From: Marispirochaeta sp. | Lineage (GTDB): Bacteria > Spirochaetota > Spirochaetia > JC444 > Marispirochaetaceae | DNA: 64,000 bases | Direction: 5' to 3' | NCBI GenBank assembly: GCA_963676835.2 | Contig: CAXXFF010000002.1 | Location: 800,001-864,000, forward strand | Shown here: piece by piece, positions 27,074 to 37,047 of the stretch | Layout of the letters: each line of letters starts with the position of its first letter | Position numbering within the stretch: position 1 is the first letter of the stretch | The notes under the pieces: model-generated | Database searches by the model: none | What the model was told of the DNA's origin: nothing | Seen by the model: the letters and a program-made list of their open reading frames with translations, nothing else | Translations under genes and position numbers: made by a program

Positions 27074-28438
27074 ATGCAAAACAACGCACGAACTGAACTC
27101 CTGAGATCCGGAGAAATAGGCAAAGCTCTACGCACCCTGGCAATTCCTGCTGTGACCGCCATGATGGTAAATGCCGTCTACAATGTGGTTGATACAGCCT
27201 TTATCGGTCTGCTGCACGACACCGCATCTATCGGTGCTGCGGCAATTCTGTTTCCTGTTTTTATGCTGATTGGCGCCATAGGGCTTACCTTCGGCATGGG
27301 GGCAGCCTCCCTGATTTCCCGCCAGCTGGGTGCGAATGATGCAGATGGGGCCAGGAAAACAGCCTCCACCGCCTTTTATACCACCCTGGTTATAGGGCTC
27401 ATCTTTGCCATACTGGGAAACATCTACATTGAAAAGGTGCTGAGACTTTTCGGGGCAACTGACAGTATTCTTGAAAAATCGGAAATCTACGGCCGGATAA
27501 TAATCGGCGGATCATTCTTTCAGATTCTGAATATGACCATGAACAACCTTCTTCGCTCGGAGGGGGCTGCAAAGTACAGCAGTATGGCCCTTATGGCCGG
27601 GGGAATTCTCAATATAATTTTCGATCCGATTTTTATGTTCGTGTTTAATTTCGGCCTCGCCGGAGCGGCCATGGCCACCATTACCGCCCAGATGATAAGC
27701 ACGGTATACCTGCTTCTCTATTTTCTGCGCAAAAAGGGTATTCTGAGGCTGAAGCTGAAAGACTTTTCGCCCCGGATAAAGCTCTACGGCGGAATTCTGA
27801 ACACCGGACTGCCTACCTTCTACCGGCAGGTGCTGACCAGCATTGCCATGGGGATGTTCAATAACGCAGCCGGGCTTTTCGGTGATCCGGCTATTGCCGC
27901 GATCGGCATTGTGATGCGGGTTGTATCTCTTATGATGATGGCAATTTTCGGCATAGGTCAGGGGCTTCAGCCACTGGCGGGATTTAATTTCGGTGCCCGC
28001 CAGTTTGACCGGGTAATACAGGCCACCATGAAGGCTCTCAAATGGAGCACAGTTTTTGCTGCCCTTATGGCATCACTCTTTTTTATCTTTGCCCGTCAGA
28101 TTGTGCAGGGGTTTTCTCAGGATCCGGAGGTTATCCGCATCGGTGTTCTCGGGTTCCGGCTTTTCAGTTCTACCATGATTTTCATCGGCAGTCAGGTAGT
28201 ATTCAGTACTCTCTTTCAGGCCCTCGGAAAGGGACGTCAGGCGGGGATTCTGGCTGTGGCCCGGCAGGGACTCTTCTTTATTCCCATGATTCTGACTCTG
28301 CCCCGCTTTTTCGGTCTTACCGGTGTACTGATTTCTCAACCCCTGGCGGATATCTGTGCCTTTGTAATTACCATTATACTGGCCGTAAAAGAGATGAAGC
28401 ATCTGAATGAGCTGACTCAGAACAACTCTACTAACTAG
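27074..28438 (+). CDS. MATE family efflux transporter
   Basis: YNVVDTAFIG, LNIIFDPIFMF, GLAGAAMAT and GFNFGA; about 12 TMs. Confidence 0.93.
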   Translation: MQNNARTELLRSGEIGKALRTLAIPAVTAMMVNAVYNVVDTAFIGLLHDTASIGAAAILFPVFMLIGAIGLTFGMGAASLISRQLGANDADGARKTASTAFYTTLVIGLIFAILGNIYIEKVLRLFGATDSILEKSEIYGRIIIGGSFFQILNMTMNNLLRSEGAAKYSSMALMAGGILNIIFDPIFMFVFNFGLAGAAMATITAQMISTVYLLLYFLRKKGILRLKLKDFSPRIKLYGGILNTGLPTFYRQVLTSIAMGMFNNAAGLFGDPAIAAIGIVMRVVSLMMMAIFGIGQGLQPLAGFNFGARQFDRVIQATMKALKWSTVFAALMASLFFIFARQIVQGFSQDPEVIRIGVLGFRLFSSTMIFIGSQVVFSTLFQALGKGRQAGILAVARQGLFFIPMILTLPRFFGLTGVLISQPLADICAFVITIILAVKEMKHLNELTQNNSTN

Positions 28439-30092
28439 CCTGCCACTGGGGAGATTCTTCTTTCAGATGGAATTCGGCTGTAATTTCACGCAGATCCTGC
28501 GCCTGTGAGGCGAGCTCATGGGCAGCAGAAGAACTTTCTTCTGCGGTGGCAGTATTGGACTGGGTTGCTTCATCTATCTGTCCCAGTCCCTGAGTTATTT
28601 CAGAAATGCTTGATGCCTGTTCTTTGCTTGAATGCGAGATTCCCTCTGTTGCTGTTGCCAGCTCATCTATCATTGAGATTATACCATTCAAGGCGCTGGT
28701 CGTTGATTTGGCTGCGGCATCGCCTTCGCTCACTTTTTGGAGAGCGTTTTCTACCATGCTGGTTGTATCCTGAACTGCCTTGGCGCTGTTCACTGCCAGG
28801 GTACGGACCTCATCGGCGACAACTGCAAAACCCCTGCCGTATTTCCCCGCCCGGGCAGCCTCAACGTTTGCATTCAATGCAAGTAGATTTATCTGAAATG
28901 CAATATCATCAATAACCTTAACTATGTTTTTTATTTCTGCCGCGGAGCTGTTTATCTCTTCCATGGCATTTCCCAGTATTTCTATGGATTCACCGCCTTT
29001 CCTGGCATCTTCTTTCATTTTCTCAGCCAGGGAAAAGGTGCCCATGGCCGCTTTGGCATTCTCTCCGGCCCCGGCATTAATCAATTCCAGCGAGGCACTG
29101 ATTTCCTGTAGCGAACTTGCCTGCTCCGTGGATGTCTGGGCGAGGCTTTCTGAAGCTCTGGCGATCTCCGACGAGCTTACAGCAACACCATTGCCTATCT
29201 GGTTCATAATCCTCATAGCCGAGTTTAAAGACTGCGACATTGTTTTCAGGGAGATCCCAAGGCTGTCTTTGTCAGACTCAATATGCACATCTCCGGTTAG
29301 ATCCTTGTGGGCAATAGCTTCAAGTACTCTGCTTTTCTCTTCCAGCGAGCTGCGCATTCGACTGAAAGATGCGGAAAGGGCACCAAGTTCATCCCGGGTT
29401 TTTATCTCCAAAGCTTGCTCGGAGAGATTTCCTTCGGCTATTTTGTCGGAAACTGCAGTAATCCGGATAAGGGGTCGGGTTATGGTATTGCGGATATAGA
29501 GTGCGGAAAGAAAAATTACCAGAATACTTAAAGCCAATATTATCAGTTGGAAATGGATCAGCTTTCTAATTTTCAGTTCCCCGGCTTTTTGCATCATTAC
29601 TACAGCTGCGTTCATATTGGTTAGAAGATTTATGCTGTCTTCCAGGGCGAAGCTGGTCAGAACGCCCATATCATTGTTTTCGGCATTCATGATCTGGTCC
29701 ATTCTCCGCTGAAATCCGGACCAGATTGAAGCAACTTTTTCAAGCTGATTGAAAATTTCCGTATTCTCCGCCCCGGGAATTACGGTAAATTCTGTACGTC
29801 CGAGATCCAGCGGTAAAGATCCTCCATCTTTCATTGCCATAAGGCTTTCGTTGAAGATTGTGCGGGTGGTTGCTATCTGTTTTTGTATACTCCGGTCTCC
29901 AGTGAGTACATAGAGCATTAATTCCTTGGTCATTTTTTGCGACAGCATACGCTGTCTGCCTCCCATATTGATGGTGACAGCATCATTTTTCTGCCGGTTA
30001 GTGGTTCTCAGGGTGCCTATAAATGCAGCTGAAAGCAGGAATGTGAAAATTAAAAGAACCAGAAGAAGACGTGAGAGTACTGATTGTTTCAT
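28431..30092 (-). CDS. Methyl-accepting chemotaxis protein with PilJ/NarX-like sensor domain
   Basis: INMGGRQRMLSQK box; HAMP domain; IAFQINLLALNANVEAARAG...GFAVVADEVR. Confidence 0.93.
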   Translation of the reverse strand: MKQSVLSRLLLVLLIFTFLLSAAFIGTLRTTNRQKNDAVTINMGGRQRMLSQKMTKELMLYVLTGDRSIQKQIATTRTIFNESLMAMKDGGSLPLDLGRTEFTVIPGAENTEIFNQLEKVASIWSGFQRRMDQIMNAENNDMGVLTSFALEDSINLLTNMNAAVVMMQKAGELKIRKLIHFQLIILALSILVIFLSALYIRNTITRPLIRITAVSDKIAEGNLSEQALEIKTRDELGALSASFSRMRSSLEEKSRVLEAIAHKDLTGDVHIESDKDSLGISLKTMSQSLNSAMRIMNQIGNGVAVSSSEIARASESLAQTSTEQASSLQEISASLELINAGAGENAKAAMGTFSLAEKMKEDARKGGESIEILGNAMEEINSSAAEIKNIVKVIDDIAFQINLLALNANVEAARAGKYGRGFAVVADEVRTLAVNSAKAVQDTTSMVENALQKVSEGDAAAKSTTSALNGIISMIDELATATEGISHSSKEQASSISEITQGLGQIDEATQSNTATAEESSSAAHELASQAQDLREITAEFHLKEESPQWQAS

Positions 30093-30161
30093 GGCGGGAG
30101 CCCCCTATAGTATAAATCTTACTGTTTCCATAGGGGACTTCAAGGAAATTCCTGTTTTAAT

Positions 30162-30644
30162 TTACCCGCAGCATTTCTTGTATTTTTTTCCGCTGCCGCA
30201 GGGACAGGGATCGTTACGGCCAACCTTGGGGCTTTCCCGTACAACAGTGCGCTGTGGAGCTGCCCCGTCAAGAAAGTACCAGCGGCCCATCTCTTTTACA
30301 AAGCTGCTTACCTCGTGGTGAGCCTGTTCTTCGCCGTTCTGCCTGTAGCGGGCAATGAACTCAACGGTTCCTTCGGTGTCCGATTTTCCGCCCTGTGTTG
30401 TGGAAACTATCTCAAGGCCCAGCCATTCCGACTCTTCCGCCCACTCTTTGCTGCCTTCAATATCAAGGCTGTCCCTGGTTCTGGGGCTGTGGGTGGATTC
30501 TATATAAGCCATATTGGCGGTGGTGTAGGCACTGTACCTGGCCCGCATCTGGGCTTCGGCTGTGGGGGCCTGTTTGTTTCCTGTAAGATAGGGCTCGCAG
30601 CAGAGAGCAAAGGTTTTACCGCTTCCGCAGGGACACTTGGACAT
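30162..30644 (-). CDS. YchJ family protein with SEC-C motifs
   Basis: CPCGSG...CC at both ends; [15 protein letters not shown] and WYFLDG. Confidence 0.93.
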   Translation of the reverse strand: MSKCPCGSGKTFALCCEPYLTGNKQAPTAEAQMRARYSAYTTANMAYIESTHSPRTRDSLDIEGSKEWAEESEWLGLEIVSTTQGGKSDTEGTVEFIARYRQNGEEQAHHEVSSFVKEMGRWYFLDGAAPQRTVVRESPKVGRNDPCPCGSGKKYKKCCG

Positions 30645-30768
30645 AGTTCCGTTCTCCTCGTATTCGTCGACTAAACAGAAGTGTAACGGAATTCAGCCCC
30701 GGCTTCCATATCTCTCTCATTTTCCCCCTGGTTCTTCAGCTCTTATTTTTAGGGAGAGGAGTCCGGGC

Positions 30769-31395
30769 TCAGCCTGCGTCTGAGATTGCTCCGACAGGAG
30801 AGTTCACCTGGGCGCGTATTTTTAAAGTCTTAACGCTTTTATACCCTCTGCCGGTATTGATGTAGCGCATAACTCCGTTCAGGCTGCGGCGGTCCAGGAA
30901 TTCAAGCAGGGGCTGTTCGGCCAGACTGAACCCTTTGAGGGCCATTTTTATCTGTTCATCCCATTTTGAACCATAGGTATCAATATCATTAGTCAGGAGC
31001 ATTTCCCGGCAGCCCTCTTCGTTACAGCTTAAGGGGAAATCGTAATCCATGTTGAACAGTCCATATTCATCGGTGATCTCTTCCCCGGCTTCTATATCTC
31101 TCAGGGCGATCTCAAAACCCCATCCGGTACTCATGGTATTGGCCCGGCATGAATGGTTAACGTATTTGGCAATGTCCCAGCTGAGGATCCGGGTCCCGCG
31201 GTTGTCTCTGTAGGAGTATTTTTCCGCTTGTGCCTGAAGTGCCGGGGAGAGTTTATCGTACTGTCTGGGAGAGAGGCAGATCTCCATCTCATCCTTTACG
31301 TAGGTAATGGTTCCCCGGGGAATGGGTTCGGATGCGATAACGCCGTATCCGATATGCTCGTTAATCAGAACGAGCCTGGTAGAAGGATGAATCAT
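30769..31395 (-). CDS. SET-domain protein (putative lysine methyltransferase)
   Basis: IGYGVIA, YVNHSC and ALRDIEAGEEITDEY; GGAGG SD before ATG 31395. Confidence 0.88.
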   Translation of the reverse strand: MIHPSTRLVLINEHIGYGVIASEPIPRGTITYVKDEMEICLSPRQYDKLSPALQAQAEKYSYRDNRGTRILSWDIAKYVNHSCRANTMSTGWGFEIALRDIEAGEEITDEYGLFNMDYDFPLSCNEEGCREMLLTNDIDTYGSKWDEQIKMALKGFSLAEQPLLEFLDRRSLNGVMRYINTGRGYKSVKTLKIRAQVNSPVGAISDAG

Positions 31396-31545
31396 GACAC
31401 CTCCGATTTTATTTCCATATAGATCAAATTCACCCATGCGTCTACTGGTTTACCGATATATTTTAACAAATTTTTCAGGTTTAGCCCTGCTTCGCGTACT
31501 GAGGTCTTGACTTTCCCGGTGAAGATAAGAATTATAGGTAGCGTA

Positions 31546-31650
31546 ATGAGTTTTTATCTGCACCTGAACAACCTATTCCTCGGAAACCTACTACTATCTC
31601 TAGGTGGATTACCGGAATCCGAAGAACAAGTTCAGCGCGGGAGTGTGTAG
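31546..31650 (+). CDS. Leucine-rich attenuator leader peptide (34 aa)
   Basis: MSFYLHLNNLFLGNLLLSLGGLPESEEQVQRGSV*: 9 Leu, 5 of them CTA, including CTA-CTA-CTA; directly upstream of leuA. Confidence 0.85.
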   Translation: MSFYLHLNNLFLGNLLLSLGGLPESEEQVQRGSV

Positions 31651-31676
31651 CTCATTACGCTGAAAGCAGGCAGTAC

Positions 31677-31713
31677 AGCCCGCTACCGTTCTTCGGTGGC
31701 GGGCTTTTTTTTT
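31677..31713 (+). terminator. Attenuator terminator upstream of leuA
   Basis: agcccgctaccg-ttctt-cggtggcgggct followed by a T-tract. Confidence 0.9.
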
Positions 31714-31740
31714 AATCCTGCACGAATCAAGGAGGATACT

Positions 31741-33408
31741 ATGGCAAAATACACCCCGTTCAAGGCTGTGGATCTGCCGGACAGAACCTGGCCGAGTAAA
31801 ACAATCGATAAGGCGCCCATATGGTGCAGTGTGGATCTTCGTGACGGCAACCAGGCCCTGGCGATACCCATGGGAAGTGCGGAAAAACTGGAATATTTCA
31901 AGCTTCTTGTCGATGTAGGCTTCAAGGAGATTGAGGTTGGGTTTCCCTCGGCCTCCCAGACCGATTTTGATTTTGTCCGGGCACTTATTGATGGCAATCA
32001 TATTCCTGATGATGTAACTATTCAGGTGCTGACTCAGGCCCGGGAACACCTTATCCGCCGCACCTTTGAGAGCCTTAAAGGTGCCCCCAATGTAATCGTG
32101 CATCTGTACAACTCGACCTCTCCCCTGCAGCGCAAGGTAACCTTTAAAATGGAGAAGGAGGAGATCAAGCAGATCGCCGTGGAGGGAGTCAAGCTTGTTA
32201 AATCTCTCCTGCCCGAACTTGAAGGGCAGAATGTAAGGCTTGAATATTCTCCCGAGAGTTTCTCCGATACCGAAGAGGATTATGCTCTCGAAGTATGCGA
32301 AGGGGTTATGGAGGAGTGGGGAACCACACCGGATAACAAGATTATTCTCAATCTCCCCAATACGGTGGAGTGGATCCCTGCCAACAAGCATGCCGATCAG
32401 ATTGAGTATTTCTGCCGCAACCTTAAAAACCGGGATGCGGCCATTATAAGCCTGCATACCCACAATGACCGGGGCACCGGTGTAGCAGCCTGTGAGTTAG
32501 GGGTTCTGGCCGGGGCAGACCGGGTTGAAGGAACCCTCTTCGGCAACGGTGAGAGAACAGGAAACCTGGATATCGTTACCATGGCTCTTAACCGGCTGGC
32601 CGACGGTGTAGATCCGGGACTGGATTTCAGCGATCTTCCCCATGTAACCAAGGTATTTGAGCACTGTACACGTATGCGCATACCTCCCCGACACCCCTAT
32701 GCCGGCGAGTTGGTATTTACCGCCTTCAGTGGTTCCCACCAGGATGCGATCAAGAAGGGTATGGATTTGCGGGGTGAGAATCCCGATGCTGATACCCCCT
32801 GGATGGTCCCCTATCTGCATATCGATCCCCAGGATCTGGGCAGAACCTATGAATCCATTGTGCGGATCAACAGTCAGAGTGGTAAAGGCGGTGTGGCCTA
32901 TGTTCTCTCCCGGGAGTACGGCTTCGAAATGCCCAAGAGCATGCATGTGGAAATGGGAAAAGCGGTACAGCTCAAGGCTGACAGCCTGGGGCGGGAGCTG
33001 ACCACCAATGAGATCTACGAAGAGTTCAACCGTGAATTCTTACGGAAGACCTCTCCTCTGGAGTTTATCAAGGCCTCCTACCAGTACAAGGAAGAGGCGG
33101 ATGAACGGCAGCTTCACAGCACGGTTGCCGTAAAGATGGAGGGCCGGGAAACCACAATTGAAGGAATCGGCAATGGTCCTATAAGTGCCTTTGTTCATGC
33201 CATGAACTCCCAGGGCTGGCAGGATTTCAAGCTGGTGGATTTTCATGAGCATTCAATCGGGCAGGGTGCGGAAACCGAGGCTATGGCCTATGTTCAGATT
33301 GAGCTTGCCGATGGCAGGCGTTTCTGGGGTGCCGCTATCGACAGCAATATTGACTACGCCGGAACCTGCGCGCTGGTAAGTGCCTTTAACCGCAGCAGAA
33401 AGGGCTGA
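31741..33408 (+). CDS. leuA: 2-isopropylmalate synthase (LeuA type 2, fungal/actinobacterial-like)
   Basis: DRTWP, SVDLRDGNQAL, EYSPESFS, LHTHNDRGT, GNGERTGN, AFSGSHQDAI and GNGPI; AAGGAGG SD. Confidence 0.97.
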   Translation: MAKYTPFKAVDLPDRTWPSKTIDKAPIWCSVDLRDGNQALAIPMGSAEKLEYFKLLVDVGFKEIEVGFPSASQTDFDFVRALIDGNHIPDDVTIQVLTQAREHLIRRTFESLKGAPNVIVHLYNSTSPLQRKVTFKMEKEEIKQIAVEGVKLVKSLLPELEGQNVRLEYSPESFSDTEEDYALEVCEGVMEEWGTTPDNKIILNLPNTVEWIPANKHADQIEYFCRNLKNRDAAIISLHTHNDRGTGVAACELGVLAGADRVEGTLFGNGERTGNLDIVTMALNRLADGVDPGLDFSDLPHVTKVFEHCTRMRIPPRHPYAGELVFTAFSGSHQDAIKKGMDLRGENPDADTPWMVPYLHIDPQDLGRTYESIVRINSQSGKGGVAYVLSREYGFEMPKSMHVEMGKAVQLKADSLGRELTTNEIYEEFNREFLRKTSPLEFIKASYQYKEEADERQLHSTVAVKMEGRETTIEGIGNGPISAFVHAMNSQGWQDFKLVDFHEHSIGQGAETEAMAYVQIELADGRRFWGAAIDSNIDYAGTCALVSAFNRSRKG

Positions 33409-33413
33409 TAATT

Positions 33414-34160
33414 TCAACTCTCCTCTGGGGTATAGCTGAAGCTGTACTCCAGAGGCTCTTCAAGGCTGAAAAAGCGGACCAGTGGAATTACGAAGGATGC
33501 TGTACGGGCGTCGATTCTGCTTCCCCCCTCCACATTCGACAGTCTACCTGCCACGGTAATCGAAAGCTCAATGGAAGCACTCAGGATCATCTCCTGAACT
33601 TCTTCTGCAGGGGCATACTCTGCAAAGGTCCAGCTGAGCAGCTCAATTAGCTCTGCTTCATCCCCTCCATCTTCGAATATTCCGGTAACCATTTGTGATA
33701 CAGGATCGTTTCCAAGGGGAACAATATCCATAACTGCTGCGACATTATCCCGGCTGATCGAAATGATCACCCTTTCTGTGTCGCCGCTGTGTTTGCTGCT
33801 GATTACCGGATTTCCTTTGGAGGCGGTTTCCGGGGGGAAAATTTTCTTAAGGTCATCAAAGGCGAGATAGAGGGTCAGAATGCGGGGATCTTCCTGTACC
33901 GCGCCAACCAGATTAAGGCCGGGGTCTGCACCGAATCCTGCGGTGAGGGCGGCAATATCAAAAAAGCTGGTTTCGTCGGTAACTTCAACCCCCTGCACCT
34001 GAGCAAGGTCTGCCAGGTAGCGGCGCAGGAGGGGGGCCATGCTTATTCTGCTGACCGCAGTTCCCTCCATGCCTGTGGCGAGGCCTATCTCGGTGGAGAC
34101 GGAACAGCCTGTTACTGTAAGCATAAAGATTAGTATCAGCAGGGAAAGTGCGTTTTTCAT
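33414..34160 (-). CDS. Hypothetical lipoprotein
   Basis: MKN-hydrophobic-VTGC lipobox. Confidence 0.75.
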   Translation of the reverse strand: MKNALSLLILIFMLTVTGCSVSTEIGLATGMEGTAVSRISMAPLLRRYLADLAQVQGVEVTDETSFFDIAALTAGFGADPGLNLVGAVQEDPRILTLYLAFDDLKKIFPPETASKGNPVISSKHSGDTERVIISISRDNVAAVMDIVPLGNDPVSQMVTGIFEDGGDEAELIELLSWTFAEYAPAEEVQEMILSASIELSITVAGRLSNVEGGSRIDARTASFVIPLVRFFSLEEPLEYSFSYTPEES

Positions 34161-34208
34161 AGATCTATAGTCTATACCCTGAAATCAAGCTTATCCGGTT
34201 TCCAGGGA

Positions 34209-36296
34209 TTACAGGTCATCGGAAATACGGACTCCCGTAACCTCGGGGCCGTCAACCTTCTTCTCTTTTTTCCGGGGCTCTTTCCCTTTTTTTTCTGCCT
34301 TTAATGCTTTGGCTGCAGCTTTCTCTGCCTTTTTGTGCTCTTTTTCCTTTCTCTTTTTCTCTTTCTTCGCCGCTTTGCTCTCTTTCCCGGTATCACTTTT
34401 TTCCACTGCAGCTTCTTTCACTTCTGCCACGGGTGCTGAAGTCTCTTCCTCGTCGGTAACGAAGGCAGAAACCATGGTAGAGAGGTTCTGCATGCTCTCG
34501 CGGCTGCTTATGCCCGCATCGGTAAGTACATCCAGGGCGTGAATAATCTCCTCGCCGCCGGCGTCTATTTCACGGATGCCGTTGAGCACCTGGGATGAAA
34601 GCTGCTTTACCTCTTCAACACGGCTTGAGATCTGGGTCGATTCGTTGGCGATGGCTACAGAACTATCCTTCATGTCACTGGAAATGGTACGTACCTCGTT
34701 TGTACCGGTAACGACCTCGCTGGTTCCGTTGGCCATCTCTTCCATGGCCTGGGATATTCCGGTCAGCGCCCTTGAGGTATTGTCTACTTCCTTGTTTATC
34801 TCCTGGAAGGTGGCGAGGCTCTCCTGGGAGCTTTCGTCGGCTTCGGTGATTCTGGAGGTAATGGCCTTGAGGGAGCGGGTTACCATGCGGGCATTTTCCG
34901 TGGTGGATTCCGCCAGCTTGCGGATCTCTTCCGCAACCACCGCAAAGCCTTTTCCCGCCTCTCCGGCGTGGGCTGACTCAATTGCAGCGTTCATGCTGAG
35001 CATGTCGGTCTGCTCGGCAATGGAGTTGATAATATCGATGATTTCCAGGAGGCCTTCAATTTCGGTGGAAATCTGGCGGATGATGGAGTAGGTTGTCTCC
35101 ACCTTTTCGCTTCCCCGGGCGGTAACATTTACCAGGCCGTTTACGCCCTCCGCCCGTTCCTGGCTGATACGGGTAATATTCTGGATGGAGGCGGCCATCT
35201 CCTCTATGGCAGAGGATGACTGAATAACCGCCGTCGCCTGGCGGTCAATTCCCAGGTTCTGGGAGCTGATCAGGCTGGTTATTTCATTCACCGACCGGTC
35301 CACTGCATTTATAACAGTATCCAGCGAGGTGAACTGCCGTTCGATATTCTTGATATTGGCTGCAATTTCGGTCATTGCCGCGGAGGATTCGGCTGTTGCT
35401 GTGGAGAGCTCATCCTGCAGTTCCATTGCCTGAACCGAAGTTGTTTTTATTTCGTTGATTATCGACTTCAGGCTGCCGATTACGGCGTTGATATGACCCG
35501 CAAGGCGGCCGGTTTCATCCCGGGTTTTCAGCACTGTGCGTACCGTGAGGTTCCGATTGGAGACATCGCTCATAATCTGCTCAATATGCTTGATGCCCCT
35601 GGCCATTCTTCCGGAAAAGAGTATAACAAAAAAGGTGGCGAATACTCCGAGAATGATGATTCCCAGAAGAATAATCAGATGGATTCTTGAAGCTGTATCC
35701 GCAACGTTGGTCCCGATCAGCTGGGGAAGATTGGAGATTATTTTACTGAAGGCGTCGGCGGATATTTCTATTCCATTGATTTTTGTTTCAAACACAAAAG
35801 CGCTTTTAATCAGATTTTCCCTGTCCACACCGGGAAAGACCTCTCCGCTGTTCAGTGCCTGGCGCAGCTCCATGTAGTTTCGGGTAAGCAGTTCGTCGGT
35901 AAACTCTTTGTTCTTACTGTCTTCGAAAAAATCTTCTATTTCCTTGATGGAGCTGAAAGTCTGGCTGAAAAGCTGTTCCAGGTATTCCAGTTCTTCTGCG
36001 ATTTCCGGAACCTTGCGGAAGGTTTTTGCCTGCAGCAGGGTATTCAGCTCTTCCTGGAGATCCTCTTTTGCACCGATCCAATGAGTACGGAAATAGCTTG
36101 GTGTGTTTTTAATGGTTAAAAGTTTATTATTAACCAGAATAAAGCGGTTCCATGCAGAGAGAGTACTGGTTGCATACTGGCTTTCCGTTGAAAGCTTTGC
36201 AATTGTTCCGATGCTTGAAAGACCGTACTGGGTGAGTCCGGTAAAAAGCAGGAGAAGAAAGAGGAACCCTATTAATAATTTGGCGCGAATATTCAT
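34209..36296 (-). CDS. Methyl-accepting chemotaxis protein with Lys-rich C-terminal tail
   Basis: Two TMs, HAMP, and [46 protein letters not shown] before ATG 36296. Confidence 0.94.
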   Translation of the reverse strand: MNIRAKLLIGFLFLLLLFTGLTQYGLSSIGTIAKLSTESQYATSTLSAWNRFILVNNKLLTIKNTPSYFRTHWIGAKEDLQEELNTLLQAKTFRKVPEIAEELEYLEQLFSQTFSSIKEIEDFFEDSKNKEFTDELLTRNYMELRQALNSGEVFPGVDRENLIKSAFVFETKINGIEISADAFSKIISNLPQLIGTNVADTASRIHLIILLGIIILGVFATFFVILFSGRMARGIKHIEQIMSDVSNRNLTVRTVLKTRDETGRLAGHINAVIGSLKSIINEIKTTSVQAMELQDELSTATAESSAAMTEIAANIKNIERQFTSLDTVINAVDRSVNEITSLISSQNLGIDRQATAVIQSSSAIEEMAASIQNITRISQERAEGVNGLVNVTARGSEKVETTYSIIRQISTEIEGLLEIIDIINSIAEQTDMLSMNAAIESAHAGEAGKGFAVVAEEIRKLAESTTENARMVTRSLKAITSRITEADESSQESLATFQEINKEVDNTSRALTGISQAMEEMANGTSEVVTGTNEVRTISSDMKDSSVAIANESTQISSRVEEVKQLSSQVLNGIREIDAGGEEIIHALDVLTDAGISSRESMQNLSTMVSAFVTDEEETSAPVAEVKEAAVEKSDTGKESKAAKKEKKRKEKEHKKAEKAAAKALKAEKKGKEPRKKEKKVDGPEVTGVRISDDL

Positions 36297-36378
36297 GTAG
36301 CTGTTACTCCTTGGACCGGGTACATAATACCATTGTTTCCCGGTTGCCCTCAACTCACTTTCGCCATAGAATGTCTCT

Positions 36379-37047
36379 ATGAACGTAATGTGGATTATTT
36401 GGCTTGTACCCTTAATTGTCGGCAGTTTTTCCGTTTTCTTTGCCCAGTGGCGCAGCGGAATTATGCTTCTTAAAATGATTACCACCGGCAGTATTCTTCT
36501 TTTTGTCATTATTGATCTTATGCTTCCAGGTGCCGGGCATGCTTCCCTGCTGTTTACCGCCGGAATTATCCTTGCTCTGGGCGCCTCAATGGTGGGAGAT
36601 TATTTCCTCTCCCTGGGAGACAGTACATTTATTACCGGCATCGGCGGTTTTCTCTTTGCCCACGCCGGATATCTGACGGCCTTCCTCTCTCTCGGGGGAT
36701 TCAGTTACACAGCCCTTGCTGTTGCCGGGGGGCTTCTTGCAGTCTACCTGCTCATTTTTCTTCGTCCCGGAATCGGCGAGAAAGTGCTGTTTTTTGCGGT
36801 AAGTGTATATGTGCTGATCAGTATTCTGGTTCTTTCTGCGGCTTTCGGCATTCAGGAAGGTCCGGGGATGGTGCGAACCCTGATGGTTGTGGCCGCGCTG
36901 TTGATAGCTTTTTCCGACAGCCTGATTGCCTGGGACAAGTTTATCCGGCCCATTCCGCTGGATCAGTTTTATATTCTTATGACCTATTATGTAGCCCAGA
37001 TAGCTGTGGGCTGCGGAGCCTGGATTCTTAACGGGAAAGTTCTTTAA
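36379..37047 (+). CDS. YhhN family lysoplasmalogenase-like membrane protein
   Basis: GDYFL, F..G...FL.AH.GY, FSDSLIA and TYYVAQ motifs. Confidence 0.88.
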   Translation: MNVMWIIWLVPLIVGSFSVFFAQWRSGIMLLKMITTGSILLFVIIDLMLPGAGHASLLFTAGIILALGASMVGDYFLSLGDSTFITGIGGFLFAHAGYLTAFLSLGGFSYTALAVAGGLLAVYLLIFLRPGIGEKVLFFAVSVYVLISILVLSAAFGIQEGPGMVRTLMVVAALLIAFSDSLIAWDKFIRPIPLDQFYILMTYYVAQIAVGCGAWILNGKVL

